A stretch of DNA of 64,000 bases from Vicinamibacterales bacterium (GCA_965220695.1 OZ244838.1:3395293-3459292), one strand, 5' to 3'. Counted from the stretch's first letter, positions 54,756-64,000 are shown. The notes: generated from the sequence alone by a model not told the origin. Made by a program: numbers and translations.

Positions 54756-56125
54756 CAGCCTTCAGTCTCGAGCGTCGTCAGCACATCACGCAGTGCAGTC
54801 CCGTAGTCCAGCTTGCTCGGACATACGAAGGTGCAAAGCGCCAGATCTTCTTCGTCGAGCTCCAGGCACCCCAGCTCTTCCGCGCGCTCGACGTCCCGCA
54901 TGACCAGCGCGCGCAGCAGCGGCGTCGGCAGCAGATCCATCGGCAGTACCTTCTCGTAGAGCCCAATCGGGACGATTGCACGGCGTGAGCCGTGGGTGCC
55001 GGTGGTCAGCGCGAGCTGTCGGCGCGGGAGCAGCGTTGAGAGGAACGACCGCGACGCCGAGAACTTGCCGAAACCTGGCGCAAGCCAGCCGAGCAACTTC
55101 CGGTCGCGGCCCTCGCGCAGCACGCACACATGACGATGGTAGCGGCCGAGAAATCCCTCGACATCGCCGGTGGCGGACCGCCCGGACAGCAGCCCCCCGG
55201 ACACCACACGGGTGCTCTCCTCCAATGGATCGTCGACCAGCAAATCGGCGGTCGACGCCCCGAGGCGCGCACGCACCAGCCGGGGGCGGGGGTGAGCAGG
55301 GCCGGCCAGGGAGACCACGCGATCGACGTGCAACTCTCCACTGTCGAACAGCCGGCCAATGGCAACGACGTCCTGGTAGCCAACGTGCCACGCCAGCGTG
55401 TTGCGATCCACGGGGTCGAGGAGGTGGATGTGCAACCCCGGCGTTCCGGCCGGGTGCACTCCGGCGAACTCCTGATGCCGAATCTGTTCGCCTTCCTGCA
55501 CGGGCAGGCGCCTGCCCGGCGCGGTACAGATATGGACCGGACCATCGGTCAATCGGGTCAGCACCGCCACTCCCCGCTCGAACGGTCCGTGGACTCGATC
55601 GAGCACAACGTCGACGTCGGGCGCGAGTGGCTCGGTGTCTATGGCCGTGACGAAGATCGAGTCGGGTCGAGTCTCAGGGTCGGCCACGCGGCTGAACGGT
55701 CTCGCGCGGAGGGCCGTCCAGAGTCCGGATTCGACGAGCAGCTCGCGCACCTCATCGCCGTCGAGCCCGCTCGGATGCCGTCCGCTGAACGCGCCGAACG
55801 CCACCGCATCGCCCCGCCCCTCGCGTTCGTCGCGACCGAGTTCGATGACGAGGGACAGGAATCGTCTGCGATCGCCTCGGTGAATAGCTGATACCTGCCC
55901 CGATCCGGATGCCGTGAATCGAACGCCGGGCCGTTTCTTGTCTTCGAACAGCAGCTGCCCGCGGCGCACATGGTCGCCGACCGACACGTGCATGGTCGGA
56001 CGGAGCCCGATGTAATCGGCACCGAGCAGCGCCACCCGTCGGATCATCCGACCCGACTCGATGACCTGTTCAGGCTGGCCCGTCACAGGTACGCGAAGCC
56101 CCTTGCGAATCTTGTGGAGCCGCAT
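54755..56125 (-). CDS. nqrA: Na+-NQR subunit A
   Basis: ORF 54755..56206. ATG 56125 (MRLHKIRKGLRVPVTGQPEQ...) matches the usual NqrA N-terminus and lies downstream of the candidate promoter. The longer TTG/ATG start is not excluded. Confidence 0.85.
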   Translation of the reverse strand: MRLHKIRKGLRVPVTGQPEQVIESGRMIRRVALLGADYIGLRPTMHVSVGDHVRRGQLLFEDKKRPGVRFTASGSGQVSAIHRGDRRRFLSLVIELGRDEREGRGDAVAFGAFSGRHPSGLDGDEVRELLVESGLWTALRARPFSRVADPETRPDSIFVTAIDTEPLAPDVDVVLDRVHGPFERGVAVLTRLTDGPVHICTAPGRRLPVQEGEQIRHQEFAGVHPAGTPGLHIHLLDPVDRNTLAWHVGYQDVVAIGRLFDSGELHVDRVVSLAGPAHPRPRLVRARLGASTADLLVDDPLEESTRVVSGGLLSGRSATGDVEGFLGRYHRHVCVLREGRDRKLLGWLAPGFGKFSASRSFLSTLLPRRQLALTTGTHGSRRAIVPIGLYEKVLPMDLLPTPLLRALVMRDVERAEELGCLELDEEDLALCTFVCPSKLDYGTALRDVLTTLETEG

Positions 56126-56159
56126 CAATGTCTCGAAGGCAGGAACACTGCCTTCCGAG

Positions 56160-56188
56160 ATTGTGAAATTTTTCTCAAGGCCGATCAA
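56160..56188 (-). promoter_or_regulatory. candidate nqr operon promoter
   Basis: Minus strand TTGATC-N17-CACAAT in the only AT-rich patch upstream of nqrA. Followed by 5'-UTR hairpin GAAGGCAG-tgttc-CTGCCTTC (56135-56155). Confidence 0.35.
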
Positions 56189-56334
56189 AAAAAGCGCCGT
56201 CATCAACCACGACGGCTCGCCAGCACAGATGCCAGTGTCAACTGCATCGTAACAAGAGGGTGAAGATTAAGTCAATTTGACGTCACCTCATCTGGAACTA
56301 TCGTCGTAACTCCTGATCGGACAATCTCTTACAC

Positions 56335-56364
56335 TTGACTTCATGGGTCGTCGCGGGATACGCT
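56335..56364 (+). promoter_or_regulatory. candidate thiSG promoter
   Basis: TTGACT-N18-TACGCT, ending 38 nt before the thiS GTG. Confidence 0.3.
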
Positions 56365-56401
56365 CCAACCCGGCGTCAGGCTTGCAGGACCAGGATATCC
56401 C

Positions 56402-56602
56402 GTGCGAATCACGTTGAACGGCGAGCCACGCGATCTCGCCGAACCGTTGACCATCAGTCGTCTGCTGACAGTACTTGACATCGATCCTCGCCGAGTCGCC
56501 GTCGAGCACAATCTCGTCATCATGAAGCGGCCGACTTTCGACACAACGATCGTCCAATCCGGCGACAGGGTGGAAATCGTGAACTTCGTGGGCGGAGGGT
56601 AA
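56402..56602 (+). CDS. thiS: sulfur-carrier protein ThiS
   Basis: ORF-track 66 aa (GTG start) ending ...VNFVGGG. Confidence 0.88.
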   Translation: MRITLNGEPRDLAEPLTISRLLTVLDIDPRRVAVEHNLVIMKRPTFDTTIVQSGDRVEIVNFVGGG

Positions 56603-56763
56603 CCGCCGTTGGCTCGTGGCGATATTGCGCACGGCACCGAACTTCCGGTGGATCAACGCCGCGCAGAGCCACGGCCAGACGGGGAACGGCGTATGGCGGG
56701 TATGTACAACCGAGGATGCACGGCGTGCGGACGGGATGCCGCGCAGGTTGGCGCAACAGTGTC

Positions 56764-57546
56764 ATGAACAGCGATCCATTCACCATAGCAGGCAAGACCT
56801 TTTCGTCGCGCCTGATCGTCGGCACCGGAAAGTACGAATCGAACGAGATCATGAGGCAGGCGCATGCGGCCTCCGGCACCGAGATGGTGACGGTAGCGGT
56901 GCGGCGGGTGAACGTCAGTGACCGGACCAGCGAGTCGTTGCTCGATTACATCGACCCGAACGAGTATGCCTTGCTCCCGAATACGGCCGGATGCTACACC
57001 GCCGATGACGCGATCCGTACCGCCCGGCTGGGCCGCGAGGTGGGGTTGTCCGAATGGGTCAAGCTGGAGGTGATCGGAGACGAGCGCACGCTCTTTCCGG
57101 ACAACGACGGCTTGCTCGCCGCGACACGGGTATTGGTGAAAGAGGGCTTCGTCGTTCTGCCCTATACGAACGACGACCCTGTCGTGTGCAGGAAGCTCGA
57201 AGACGCCGGCGCCGCCGCGGTAATGCCGCTCGGCGCCCCGATCGGATCGGGGCTCGGCCTCCAGAACCTCAACAACATCCGGATCATCAAGGAGTTCGCC
57301 GGAGTGCCCGTCATCGTCGACGCCGGGGTCGGCACTGCCTCCGACGCTGCTGTCGCAATGGAACTTGGCGTCGACGGCGTGCTCATCAACACCGCCATCG
57401 CCGGCGCCCGGCATCCGGTAGCCATGGCCGCGGCGATGAAGATGGCCGTGGCCGCCGGGCGCCAGGCATTCCTGGCCGGACGAATCCGGAAACGCCGTTA
57501 CGCCACGGCAAGCAGCCCGGAGGACGGCCTGCTGACCGGTTCCTGA
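56764..57546 (+). CDS. thiG: thiazole synthase ThiG
   Basis: ORF 56716..57546. ATG 56764 gives [24 protein letters not shown]...; KLEVIGD and PLGAPIGSG motifs. Confidence 0.92.
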   Translation: MNSDPFTIAGKTFSSRLIVGTGKYESNEIMRQAHAASGTEMVTVAVRRVNVSDRTSESLLDYIDPNEYALLPNTAGCYTADDAIRTARLGREVGLSEWVKLEVIGDERTLFPDNDGLLAATRVLVKEGFVVLPYTNDDPVVCRKLEDAGAAAVMPLGAPIGSGLGLQNLNNIRIIKEFAGVPVIVDAGVGTASDAAVAMELGVDGVLINTAIAGARHPVAMAAAMKMAVAAGRQAFLAGRIRKRRYATASSPEDGLLTGS

Positions 57547-57572
57547 CGACCCCCGGCGCTCCGTCCAACGGA

Positions 57573-59585
57573 TTACGGATCGATAAACCGCCAACTCACA
57601 CCCGGACCGAGCTGGCGAGCGTCAGGCTGATCCCAATCGCAGGGACACCAGGTCCGGTCCACTTCGGCTTCTACCAGCACCCGGGTGCGGTCCTCCGGGA
57701 TGCGTACCGCCTCGGTCAGCGGGGAGGCGTCCTGCCGGACAGCGTTGATCAGCGGCACCCCGTCAACCCGGACCTCGAGTGTGACGGGACGTTCCACCAC
57801 GTCGCGGTGATGGACCCAGGCTGAAACTTCGATCCACCGGTCGCGCAGCGGGACCACTGCCAGACCGCGCCGGCCGGCCCAGCGGAACTCCGTGCCCGCG
57901 GAGTCCAGCTCCGGTTCGTAAAACCCGTAGCTGTAGTCCCAATCGGCGCGTTGAGCGCGATAGGGCACGCGAAGATCGAACCAGGAGGCAGCAGCGAGCC
58001 CGGCGGCATATCCGAACGCCAACACCCAGACCCCCGCCCAGACCGCGACCGGAGGCACACGCGAACCGGTCGACCGGACGGGATCCGGCGCCATCAGCCG
58101 ATCGTACCAGAACGCCAGTGTCCAGAACGTCAGCGCCAGCGCGGCGTTTTGCGTCGGCATGCCGACCAGAGACACCAGCCCCAACGCGATCAGGGCTCCG
58201 CGCACGAGGCCGCCCGCCGCTACCCGGTCCTCGCGCAGCCTCCCACGGAACAGCAGGCGCAGGAAAAGAAGCACCCAGACGATCCAGCCCAGACTGCCGA
58301 CAATGCCGAACTCGGTGAGTTGATGCCGGAACCAGTTCTGCGCGTTGTCCGGTGCGATACGTCCATGGCCCAGTTCGTAGGCGACGTCCGGTACGAGCAC
58401 ACGGAAACTGCCGACACCGATGCCGACCAGCGGCGAGTCCGCGAACATCCGGACGGCAGCGGTTCCGTACCAGTTGCGGTTCCACAGTTCCTGGCCGAAC
58501 GCGCGGAACGAGTCGACCGATGCTGACGGCAACGTTGGTGCCAGCCGCTGCCACGGCCCGACCGACGAGCCGCTGGCAACGAGTGCGCCGACACTCAGCG
58601 CGACCACCAGCAGACCGGCCAGCGCGGGCCGGCGTCCCGACGCCCGGAACGCCACTGGCGCCACCGCGCGGGTTATAAAAAGAAACAGGAACCCGCCGGC
58701 CAGCAGCGCCGAGCGCGAGCCCGACACCCAGAGGCCGAACCAGGACGCGGCCAGAATCGCGCAAGCGGCCGCCACTAGTCGAGTTGGCGCCGCACCGACC
58801 ATTCGGCGCCAGGACAACAACATCGCGATGCCGATGGCGCCCCAGAGCGCCGCCAGCATCCCGAACGGGTTCGCGTCCATCAGCGTGCCGGACACCCGCC
58901 GCAGCGTGGCCCAAGCCATCGGGTTGAGGAATCCGATATCGAACACCGACTGGTACGCCGCCACGAGCGTGGCCAATCCGCAACTGACGGCCAGCGGAGT
59001 CAGCACCGTACGGAAGAGGCGTACTTCGTCGTCTCGCGAGACCGTCGCGAACAGCCAGTCGATCCACAGCAGGCCGACTCCGTGGCAGAGCACTACGCTG
59101 TAGACCCACAACAGTATGTTGTCGTGCGTCATCCCCAAGCCGTTGTTGGCGGTGTCAATCGCCCCGACAATGGCGGGGGCGAAATCAAGCTCGCGCAGCC
59201 ACACCACCGGCCACGCCACAGCAACCACCATTCCCCAGGCGACCAGCGGTGTCCGCCAGGGCGCGGGCAGGTGCCAGCGTGTCGGCTCGACCGTGGCCAG
59301 CATCATGCCGGTCAGACCGGCGAACCATGGCGTCAGATCTCCGAGCTGAAAGTCGCCCAGTATCAGGGTCAGCAATGCCGGCGTGACATACGTCAGCCCC
59401 ATCCACCCCTGCGCAACAGCTGTGGGGAATCGCCGTGCCGCCAGGTATGAAGCACACAGCGCGATGACACTGACCCATGGCAACCCCCCCCAGCGGGAAG
59501 CGGTCGTCACCGTCAACGACGCCGCGCCGAACAGCGAGAATAGGATGAACGGCTTGGTGCCGCGCTCAAGCAACGCCGCGATCAT
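57573..59585 (-). CDS. large polytopic membrane protein, O-antigen-ligase/polymerase-like, with soluble C-terminal domain of ~170 aa
   Basis: ORF-track 670 aa. More than 10 hydrophobic segments, then a hydrophilic C-terminus. 4-nt overlap with the upstream gene. Family call is by general architecture only. Confidence 0.55.
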   Translation of the reverse strand: MIAALLERGTKPFILFSLFGAASLTVTTASRWGGLPWVSVIALCASYLAARRFPTAVAQGWMGLTYVTPALLTLILGDFQLGDLTPWFAGLTGMMLATVEPTRWHLPAPWRTPLVAWGMVVAVAWPVVWLRELDFAPAIVGAIDTANNGLGMTHDNILLWVYSVVLCHGVGLLWIDWLFATVSRDDEVRLFRTVLTPLAVSCGLATLVAAYQSVFDIGFLNPMAWATLRRVSGTLMDANPFGMLAALWGAIGIAMLLSWRRMVGAAPTRLVAAACAILAASWFGLWVSGSRSALLAGGFLFLFITRAVAPVAFRASGRRPALAGLLVVALSVGALVASGSSVGPWQRLAPTLPSASVDSFRAFGQELWNRNWYGTAAVRMFADSPLVGIGVGSFRVLVPDVAYELGHGRIAPDNAQNWFRHQLTEFGIVGSLGWIVWVLLFLRLLFRGRLREDRVAAGGLVRGALIALGLVSLVGMPTQNAALALTFWTLAFWYDRLMAPDPVRSTGSRVPPVAVWAGVWVLAFGYAAGLAAASWFDLRVPYRAQRADWDYSYGFYEPELDSAGTEFRWAGRRGLAVVPLRDRWIEVSAWVHHRDVVERPVTLEVRVDGVPLINAVRQDASPLTEAVRIPEDRTRVLVEAEVDRTWCPCDWDQPDARQLGPGVSWRFIDP

Positions 59586-60781
59586 GGCATTGGGGCATTG
59601 GACCGGGGTACAGCGCGGGACACCCGGTCGGGTGGCGGGGCGCTGGCGCTCAGCATGAGCGTGCGCAGCGCGAGCAGGATGAGGCGCGGTTGCGTCAGAC
59701 AGAGCTGGAGCAACACGCGGCCCGGCTCATCGCGGGTATGAGTGCTGAGCACCGCCTTGACGTCCGGAGTCAGGACATCGAGCAGCACGCCATAGTCATC
59801 ATTGCTGAAACGTCCCAGAGACCGCCGCAGCAGGCGATGCCATTCGAGTTCGCGGCGCAGCCGGCGCAGCCGGCCGCTGGGACGACCCTTCAGGATTGAC
59901 TCGGTGACCCCGAGCGCGCCGCGAAACCCGGTAACGATGCCGCCGACGGTGGTCACCTTGACGTGTGCGGCCGCGTCGCCGACGAGATAGATGTCGGCCA
60001 CCCCGAGCCGGCAATGCGGCGTCACCCACTCCGAGTAGCACGGGATCCGGGCGGCCTGGAACTCCAGCGGCTCCAGTCCCTGGCGATTGAGGAACCGATC
60101 AAGGCTTCGCCGGGTTTCCGGCCCGTCTTCGCCAATCAATCCGAGCGCCGCCTTTTCGTCCGACTCTGGAATCAGCCAGTAGAAGTACGGCGTGTCATCA
60201 GGTTGGAACCAGACCCGGGTCGTATCCCGCGGCAGGTCGGCCGGCAGTCGCACGATCGCTTGAATCAGCGGCACCGTAGGAAGCTGGGGCCAGCCTGCGT
60301 CGAGCGCCACCCGGCTGCCGGCGCCGTCGGCGCCTATCACGATGGTGGCGCTCAATTCCTGCGTCGCGCCATTTGTCCCGACCTCGAGTCGCACTCCCTC
60401 GGCCACGCTTCTGAGCGCGCGGACCTGGCACCCCATGCGCAGATCGACACCGGCAGCCGCAGCGCTGCCGGCAAGCTCACGCACGAGCACCGACCGTTCG
60501 ATGACCAGATCGGGTTGCGCCAGATCGACCGTCGCCACGCGGCTGTCAGTCAGAAGCTCGAACCGGTTGATGGTATTGACGATCGCTCGATCGCCGGGTT
60601 CGCCCAGCAGGTCGCGCATCCGCCGCGTCACGATCAGCGTCCGCCGCTCCGGATCCCAGTGTCCGGCTCTCTCGAGCAGGGTGACCGACCGCCCCGCGTC
60701 CGCCAGACGCTCGGCTGCGAACAGACCGGTCGCTGATCCGCCGACAATCGTCACTGCCGCCGGCGCACCACTCCAGGTCAT
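59582..60781 (-). CDS. FAD-dependent oxidoreductase, geranylgeranyl-reductase-like
   Basis: ORF-track 399 aa. N-terminal dinucleotide fold VTIVGGSATGLFAAERLADAG; IGADGAGS; LVGDAAAHVKVTTVGGI. Confidence 0.7.
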   Translation of the reverse strand: MTWSGAPAAVTIVGGSATGLFAAERLADAGRSVTLLERAGHWDPERRTLIVTRRMRDLLGEPGDRAIVNTINRFELLTDSRVATVDLAQPDLVIERSVLVRELAGSAAAAGVDLRMGCQVRALRSVAEGVRLEVGTNGATQELSATIVIGADGAGSRVALDAGWPQLPTVPLIQAIVRLPADLPRDTTRVWFQPDDTPYFYWLIPESDEKAALGLIGEDGPETRRSLDRFLNRQGLEPLEFQAARIPCYSEWVTPHCRLGVADIYLVGDAAAHVKVTTVGGIVTGFRGALGVTESILKGRPSGRLRRLRRELEWHRLLRRSLGRFSNDDYGVLLDVLTPDVKAVLSTHTRDEPGRVLLQLCLTQPRLILLALRTLMLSASAPPPDRVSRAVPRSNAPMP

Positions 60782-61854
60782 CCGTCGCTGCCGGCCATTT
60801 CCTGTCGTTCAAACGGAACGCGCTCGAGCCAGACGATCGCCGCCACGGTAAGAAGACCGGCCAGGATCGCCACCGGCGCGCCGGCCCGCGGGCCGCCCAG
60901 GGCCACGACCCAGGCCGCACACCCACCGAGCACCCCAACACCGTACAACACGCGAACCGCACGCTGATGACACAGGCCCAGCGCCACCAGACGATGCGCC
61001 GCGTGGTCCTTGCCCGGCGAGGAAAACGGCACCAACCCGCGACGCAGCCGGGACACGGTGACCAGCGTCGTATCGAAGATCGGGACAATCATGAGCAACA
61101 CCGGAATCATCCAGCTCACGGTCGGAGACAACCCGGAGAATCGCAGCTTTATGCCGAGAGTGGCCGCTACAAGGCCGAGCAGCATCGCACCGCCGTCGCC
61201 GAGAAAGATACGCGCGGGTGGTGTGGCGTTCCACCGCAGAAACCCAAGGGCGGCGCCCAATACGGCGGCGGCCAGCGTGCCCACCAGCAACTGACCCCCA
61301 TCGGCCGCGAACGAGAAGGAGAAACCGGCCGCGATCGCCGCCACTCCGGCGCACAGACCGTCCATGTGGTCGAGGATACTGAACGCGGCGATGATGCCGA
61401 CAAACCACACGAACGACAGCCCATAGTCGAGCCACACGCCCGGCGCTCCCACCAGGGGCAGAGCCGCGATTGGTTGGAAGATCTCGCTGTGCATCTCGGT
61501 GGCGATCAGGATGATCGCTGCGAACGGCATCGCCAGCATCAGCTTGATCTGATGATGCAGCCAGCCCCGGTCGTCCAGCGTACCCACGACCATCACCAGC
61601 GTCGACGCCACGACGATGCCGAGCATCTGCGACCACTCTTCATCCGTGACGAAGACGGAGATCGCGAAGACCATAGCCAGGTAGACGGCCAAGCCTCCGA
61701 GTAGCGGCATCGGTGCGGCGTGCACCTTCCTGGGACCCGGCTGATCGATGAGCCCGACCTTGAACGCCAAGTCCCGCACGGCCGGCGTGAATGTGACCGA
61801 GGCGAGAAACGCGGCCGAAAAGGCCAGCAGACCCGACAAGACAACCCCTCTCAT
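60778..61854 (-). CDS. polyprenyl-phosphate N-acetylhexosamine-1-phosphate transferase (MraY/WecA, GT4 family)
   Basis: ORF 60778..61923 (TTG). ATG 61854 (MRGVVLSGLLAF...) preferred. DQPGPRKVH, LDDRG, ILDHMDGLCAG and FLGDGGAMLLG motifs. Confidence 0.85.
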   Translation of the reverse strand: MRGVVLSGLLAFSAAFLASVTFTPAVRDLAFKVGLIDQPGPRKVHAAPMPLLGGLAVYLAMVFAISVFVTDEEWSQMLGIVVASTLVMVVGTLDDRGWLHHQIKLMLAMPFAAIILIATEMHSEIFQPIAALPLVGAPGVWLDYGLSFVWFVGIIAAFSILDHMDGLCAGVAAIAAGFSFSFAADGGQLLVGTLAAAVLGAALGFLRWNATPPARIFLGDGGAMLLGLVAATLGIKLRFSGLSPTVSWMIPVLLMIVPIFDTTLVTVSRLRRGLVPFSSPGKDHAAHRLVALGLCHQRAVRVLYGVGVLGGCAAWVVALGGPRAGAPVAILAGLLTVAAIVWLERVPFERQEMAGSDG

Positions 61855-61926
61855 GATCGATCCGAATCGGAACCGTCGCCCAAGGAACCTGAGCGGCGCG
61901 TCGAGCCACCGCGCGCAACGCAAGGG

Positions 61927-63156
61927 TCAGTCCGGCGAATGTCTCCACGGCGGACACGCAACGGTCACCCCCTTGGCGGCCAGAAGCTCGAAATATAACG
62001 ACTGCATGTCCTCCACCAGTCTGGAAGCCATGAAGCGGCGCTCGACATCGACTCTGGCCTCCGCCCGCATCGACATGGACGAAACGGGATCCGCCAGTAC
62101 GCTGCCGACGGCGGTCGCCATCGCGCCCGGATCATCCTCCGCAACCAGGATGCCTGTGCGCCCGTCGTCGATCAAGTCCGGCAACCCTCCGACTCGAGTG
62201 GCCACCACCGCACACCCGGCTGCCATCGCCTCGATGGCAGAGACCGGTGTACCCTCGTTCCGGGACGACACGACGAGCACGTCCAGATCAGCGTAGATCG
62301 CCGCCAGGTCGTGACGCCAGCCGGTGAAGAACACGCGGCCAGCGAGTTCCTGCCTCCGAGCTTGATCCTCGAGTTCGGCCCGAAGCACCCCATCACCGAC
62401 GACGACATACCGGACATCGGGACGAATCACCGCCAGCCGGGCCGCAGCCTCAAGGAACAGGGCATGGTTCTTGATCGGAAACAGCCTGCCGACGATGCCT
62501 ACCAGGGGAGCGTCCGGGGCGACGCCCAGCTCGGCGCGGAACTCGCCCCGGTGCGCGCAAGCGCGGAACATGGGGGCGAGATCGAGACCGAGCGGCACCA
62601 CGCTGAATCGTTCGGGCGGAGCCACCCGCAACGCAATCAGATCATCCCGGACGCGGTCACTCACGGCAATGAGCCGATCGGACAGTCGGGCCAAGCCGCG
62701 TTCCATCGTCTGGAGTGCGCTCGTTTTGGCCCGACCGAAATACCCGCTCAGCACATGACCGTGGTAGGTGTGCACAACGACCGGCACACCGGCGGCCCGC
62801 GCCGCCAGGCGGCCCAGAAACCCCGCCTTCGCCGTGTGGGTGTGAACGACGTGGGGACGGATCCGGCGGAACAGTGCGAACAACTTTCGGATCGCGATCG
62901 CGTCTCGCGGCGCCAGCGACGACCGTCCCAGGATTTCAGGGATCACCAGCGGTTCGACTCCGCGGTCCAGCGCGTAGTCGCGCAACGATCCTTCGCCGGG
63001 ATTCTCATTGCCGGTGACGAGCCAGGATCTGAAGTGTTCGGGGTCCATACCAGCGTTGAGCAACGCGACCTGACGCGCGGGGCCGCCGATGTTGAGCCGC
63101 GCGATGACACGCGCTACGCGGACCTGGCCAGCCGCGTTCCCATCCGTCCCCTTCAT
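61927..63156 (-). CDS. glycosyltransferase, GT1-fold (CAZy GT4-like)
   Basis: ORF-track 409 aa. ...HTHTAKAGFLGR... and SRNEGTPVSAIEAMAAGCAVVATRVGGLPDLI (E-x7-E region). ATGA overlap with the upstream gene. Confidence 0.85.
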   Translation of the reverse strand: MKGTDGNAAGQVRVARVIARLNIGGPARQVALLNAGMDPEHFRSWLVTGNENPGEGSLRDYALDRGVEPLVIPEILGRSSLAPRDAIAIRKLFALFRRIRPHVVHTHTAKAGFLGRLAARAAGVPVVVHTYHGHVLSGYFGRAKTSALQTMERGLARLSDRLIAVSDRVRDDLIALRVAPPERFSVVPLGLDLAPMFRACAHRGEFRAELGVAPDAPLVGIVGRLFPIKNHALFLEAAARLAVIRPDVRYVVVGDGVLRAELEDQARRQELAGRVFFTGWRHDLAAIYADLDVLVVSSRNEGTPVSAIEAMAAGCAVVATRVGGLPDLIDDGRTGILVAEDDPGAMATAVGSVLADPVSSMSMRAEARVDVERRFMASRLVEDMQSLYFELLAAKGVTVACPPWRHSPD

Positions 63157-64000
63157 GACACCGGCCGTGCAGACAGCGTGGCCGCATCCTCACTTGTCTC
63201 GACGAGATCGGTTCGGCGGTCAATGAACCGCCTGTGCCACAGTTCGAGCATCAGCATCGCCCAGATGCGGGCGTGATGCTGTGCACGGCCGGCTGCATGA
63301 TCGAAGAGCCAGCGACGGACCACCTCCGGTCGGAAAATGCCTCGTGCGGCGGCGGTCTGGTCGAGCAGCAGGTCGTGGGCCATCTCACGCAGCCCGTTCC
63401 GCAGCCAGTGATCGATCGGTACGCCGAACCCCATCTTGCGTCGATTCACGATTTCGGACGGCAGGTGACGGCGCATGACCCGCTTGAGCAGGTATTTTGG
63501 CGTCCGGCCGCGAAGTTTGAAGGCCAGCGGCAACCTGGCGGCGAACTCGACCACATGATGGTCAAGCAGCGGCGACCGCACCTCAAGCGAGTTGGCCATC
63601 GAGGCGATATCCATCTTGACCAGCAAATCGTCCGGCAAATACGTCTCGATGTCGGCATGCACCAGCTTTTCTACCGGCGAGGTTGCGTCCGACTGCGTGC
63701 AGAGGGGCTCAAGCAGTCCGAGCGACGCGGTCCGTCCCCTGCGGGCCGCGAACTCAGGGGTATACAGTTCGGCCTTCTGCTCGTCGAGCATCACGCTGAG
63801 CCATCGGCCGTGACGGCGTACCGGATCGAGCGGCAGTCCGGCCGCGAACCGACGAATGCGGGCCGCGGTCGACTTGGCCGCACTCCCTTGCAGCGGACGT
63901 ACGCTCAGCGCCGCCAGTCGGCGCATCCCGAGCGGAAGCCAGTCGACCCGGCCCGCGACCGCCGCCCCGGCATAGCGGTCGTAGCCCACGAACGATTCGT
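63153..64000 (-). CDS. asparagine synthase (glutamine-hydrolysing) family protein, C-terminal part (gene continues past window end)
   Basis: ORF 63153..63989 and beyond. ...DIETYLPDDLLVKMDIASMANSLEVRSPLLDH...KYLLKRVMRRHLP... is typical of the AsnB synthetase domain. Confidence 0.85.
   Translation of the reverse strand, partial: ESFVGYDRYAGAAVAGRVDWLPLGMRRLAALSVRPLQGSAAKSTAARIRRFAAGLPLDPVRRHGRWLSVMLDEQKAELYTPEFAARRGRTASLGLLEPLCTQSDATSPVEKLVHADIETYLPDDLLVKMDIASMANSLEVRSPLLDHHVVEFAARLPLAFKLRGRTPKYLLKRVMRRHLPSEIVNRRKMGFGVPIDHWLRNGLREMAHDLLLDQTAAARGIFRPEVVRRWLFDHAAGRAQHHARIWAMLMLELWHRRFIDRRTDLVETSEDAATLSARPVS

Noticed and set aside
56255-56330. Possible TPP riboswitch upstream of thiS (CACCTCATCTGGAAC resembles the conserved ACCTGATCTGGATAATGCCAGCG block)
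   Set aside because: There is no CTGAGA box, no CCAG partner for the CTGG, and no GGGGTGC-like P1/P2 start. The best promoter lies downstream of the segment. This should still be confirmed with cmscan.

Overview
GC-rich bacterial chromosome segment made almost entirely of core information-processing genes. From 1 to 43.2 kb every gene is on the minus strand. In transcription order (high to low coordinate) these are: a TPR protein, a LolB-like lipoprotein, ispE, tRNA-Gln, prs; rplY(ctc)-pth; rpsF-rpsR-rplI; dnaB, alr, radA, fused ispDF, an rlmB-like methyltransferase; a tRNA-Thr/Tyr/Gly/Thr-tuf(copy 2)-rpmG-tRNA-Trp-secE-nusG-rplKAJL-rpoBC block; then rpsL-rpsG-fusA-tuf(copy 1) running straight into the S10 and spc operons down to rplO at the window edge. 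From 43.3 to 64 kb: a Trm112-like gene, an O-antigen-ligase-family gene, purH, a cold-shock gene, selA, a complete Na+-NQR locus (nqrABCDEF-apbE-nqrM), thiSG, and a tightly overlapped glycan/EPS operon (AsnB-like, GT1, WecA-like, GGR-like flavoprotein, O-antigen-ligase-like). Type-Z S14 and Cys-containing L24/L33 argue against Proteobacteria; an Acidobacteriota-like lineage is only a guess. I see no CRISPR array, prophage, transposase or defence island. The strongest unexplained signal is an abundant 170-200 bp element with terminal inverted repeats (MITE-like). It has 3 near-intact copies and at least 9 diverged or truncated ones in this window. It starts on the base right after TAG stop codons (CTAG sites), always has the same orientation, and fills essentially every long spacer inside the ribosomal-protein and rpoBC operons. 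Arm differences give G-U pairs only in the operon-sense RNA, and an internal SD-like box appears to serve as the ribosome-binding site of rplP and rplI. Other notable items: an 8-Cys insertion of about 62 aa in RpoB; a perfect 45-bp in-frame tandem duplication across the nqrE stop / nqrF start; a promoter-proximal intrinsic terminator in the cold-shock gene leader; two tuf copies that differ at 1 nt; and a 388-bp spacer inside a tRNA operon. All calls come from reading the sequence and the ORF track. No database search was possible.
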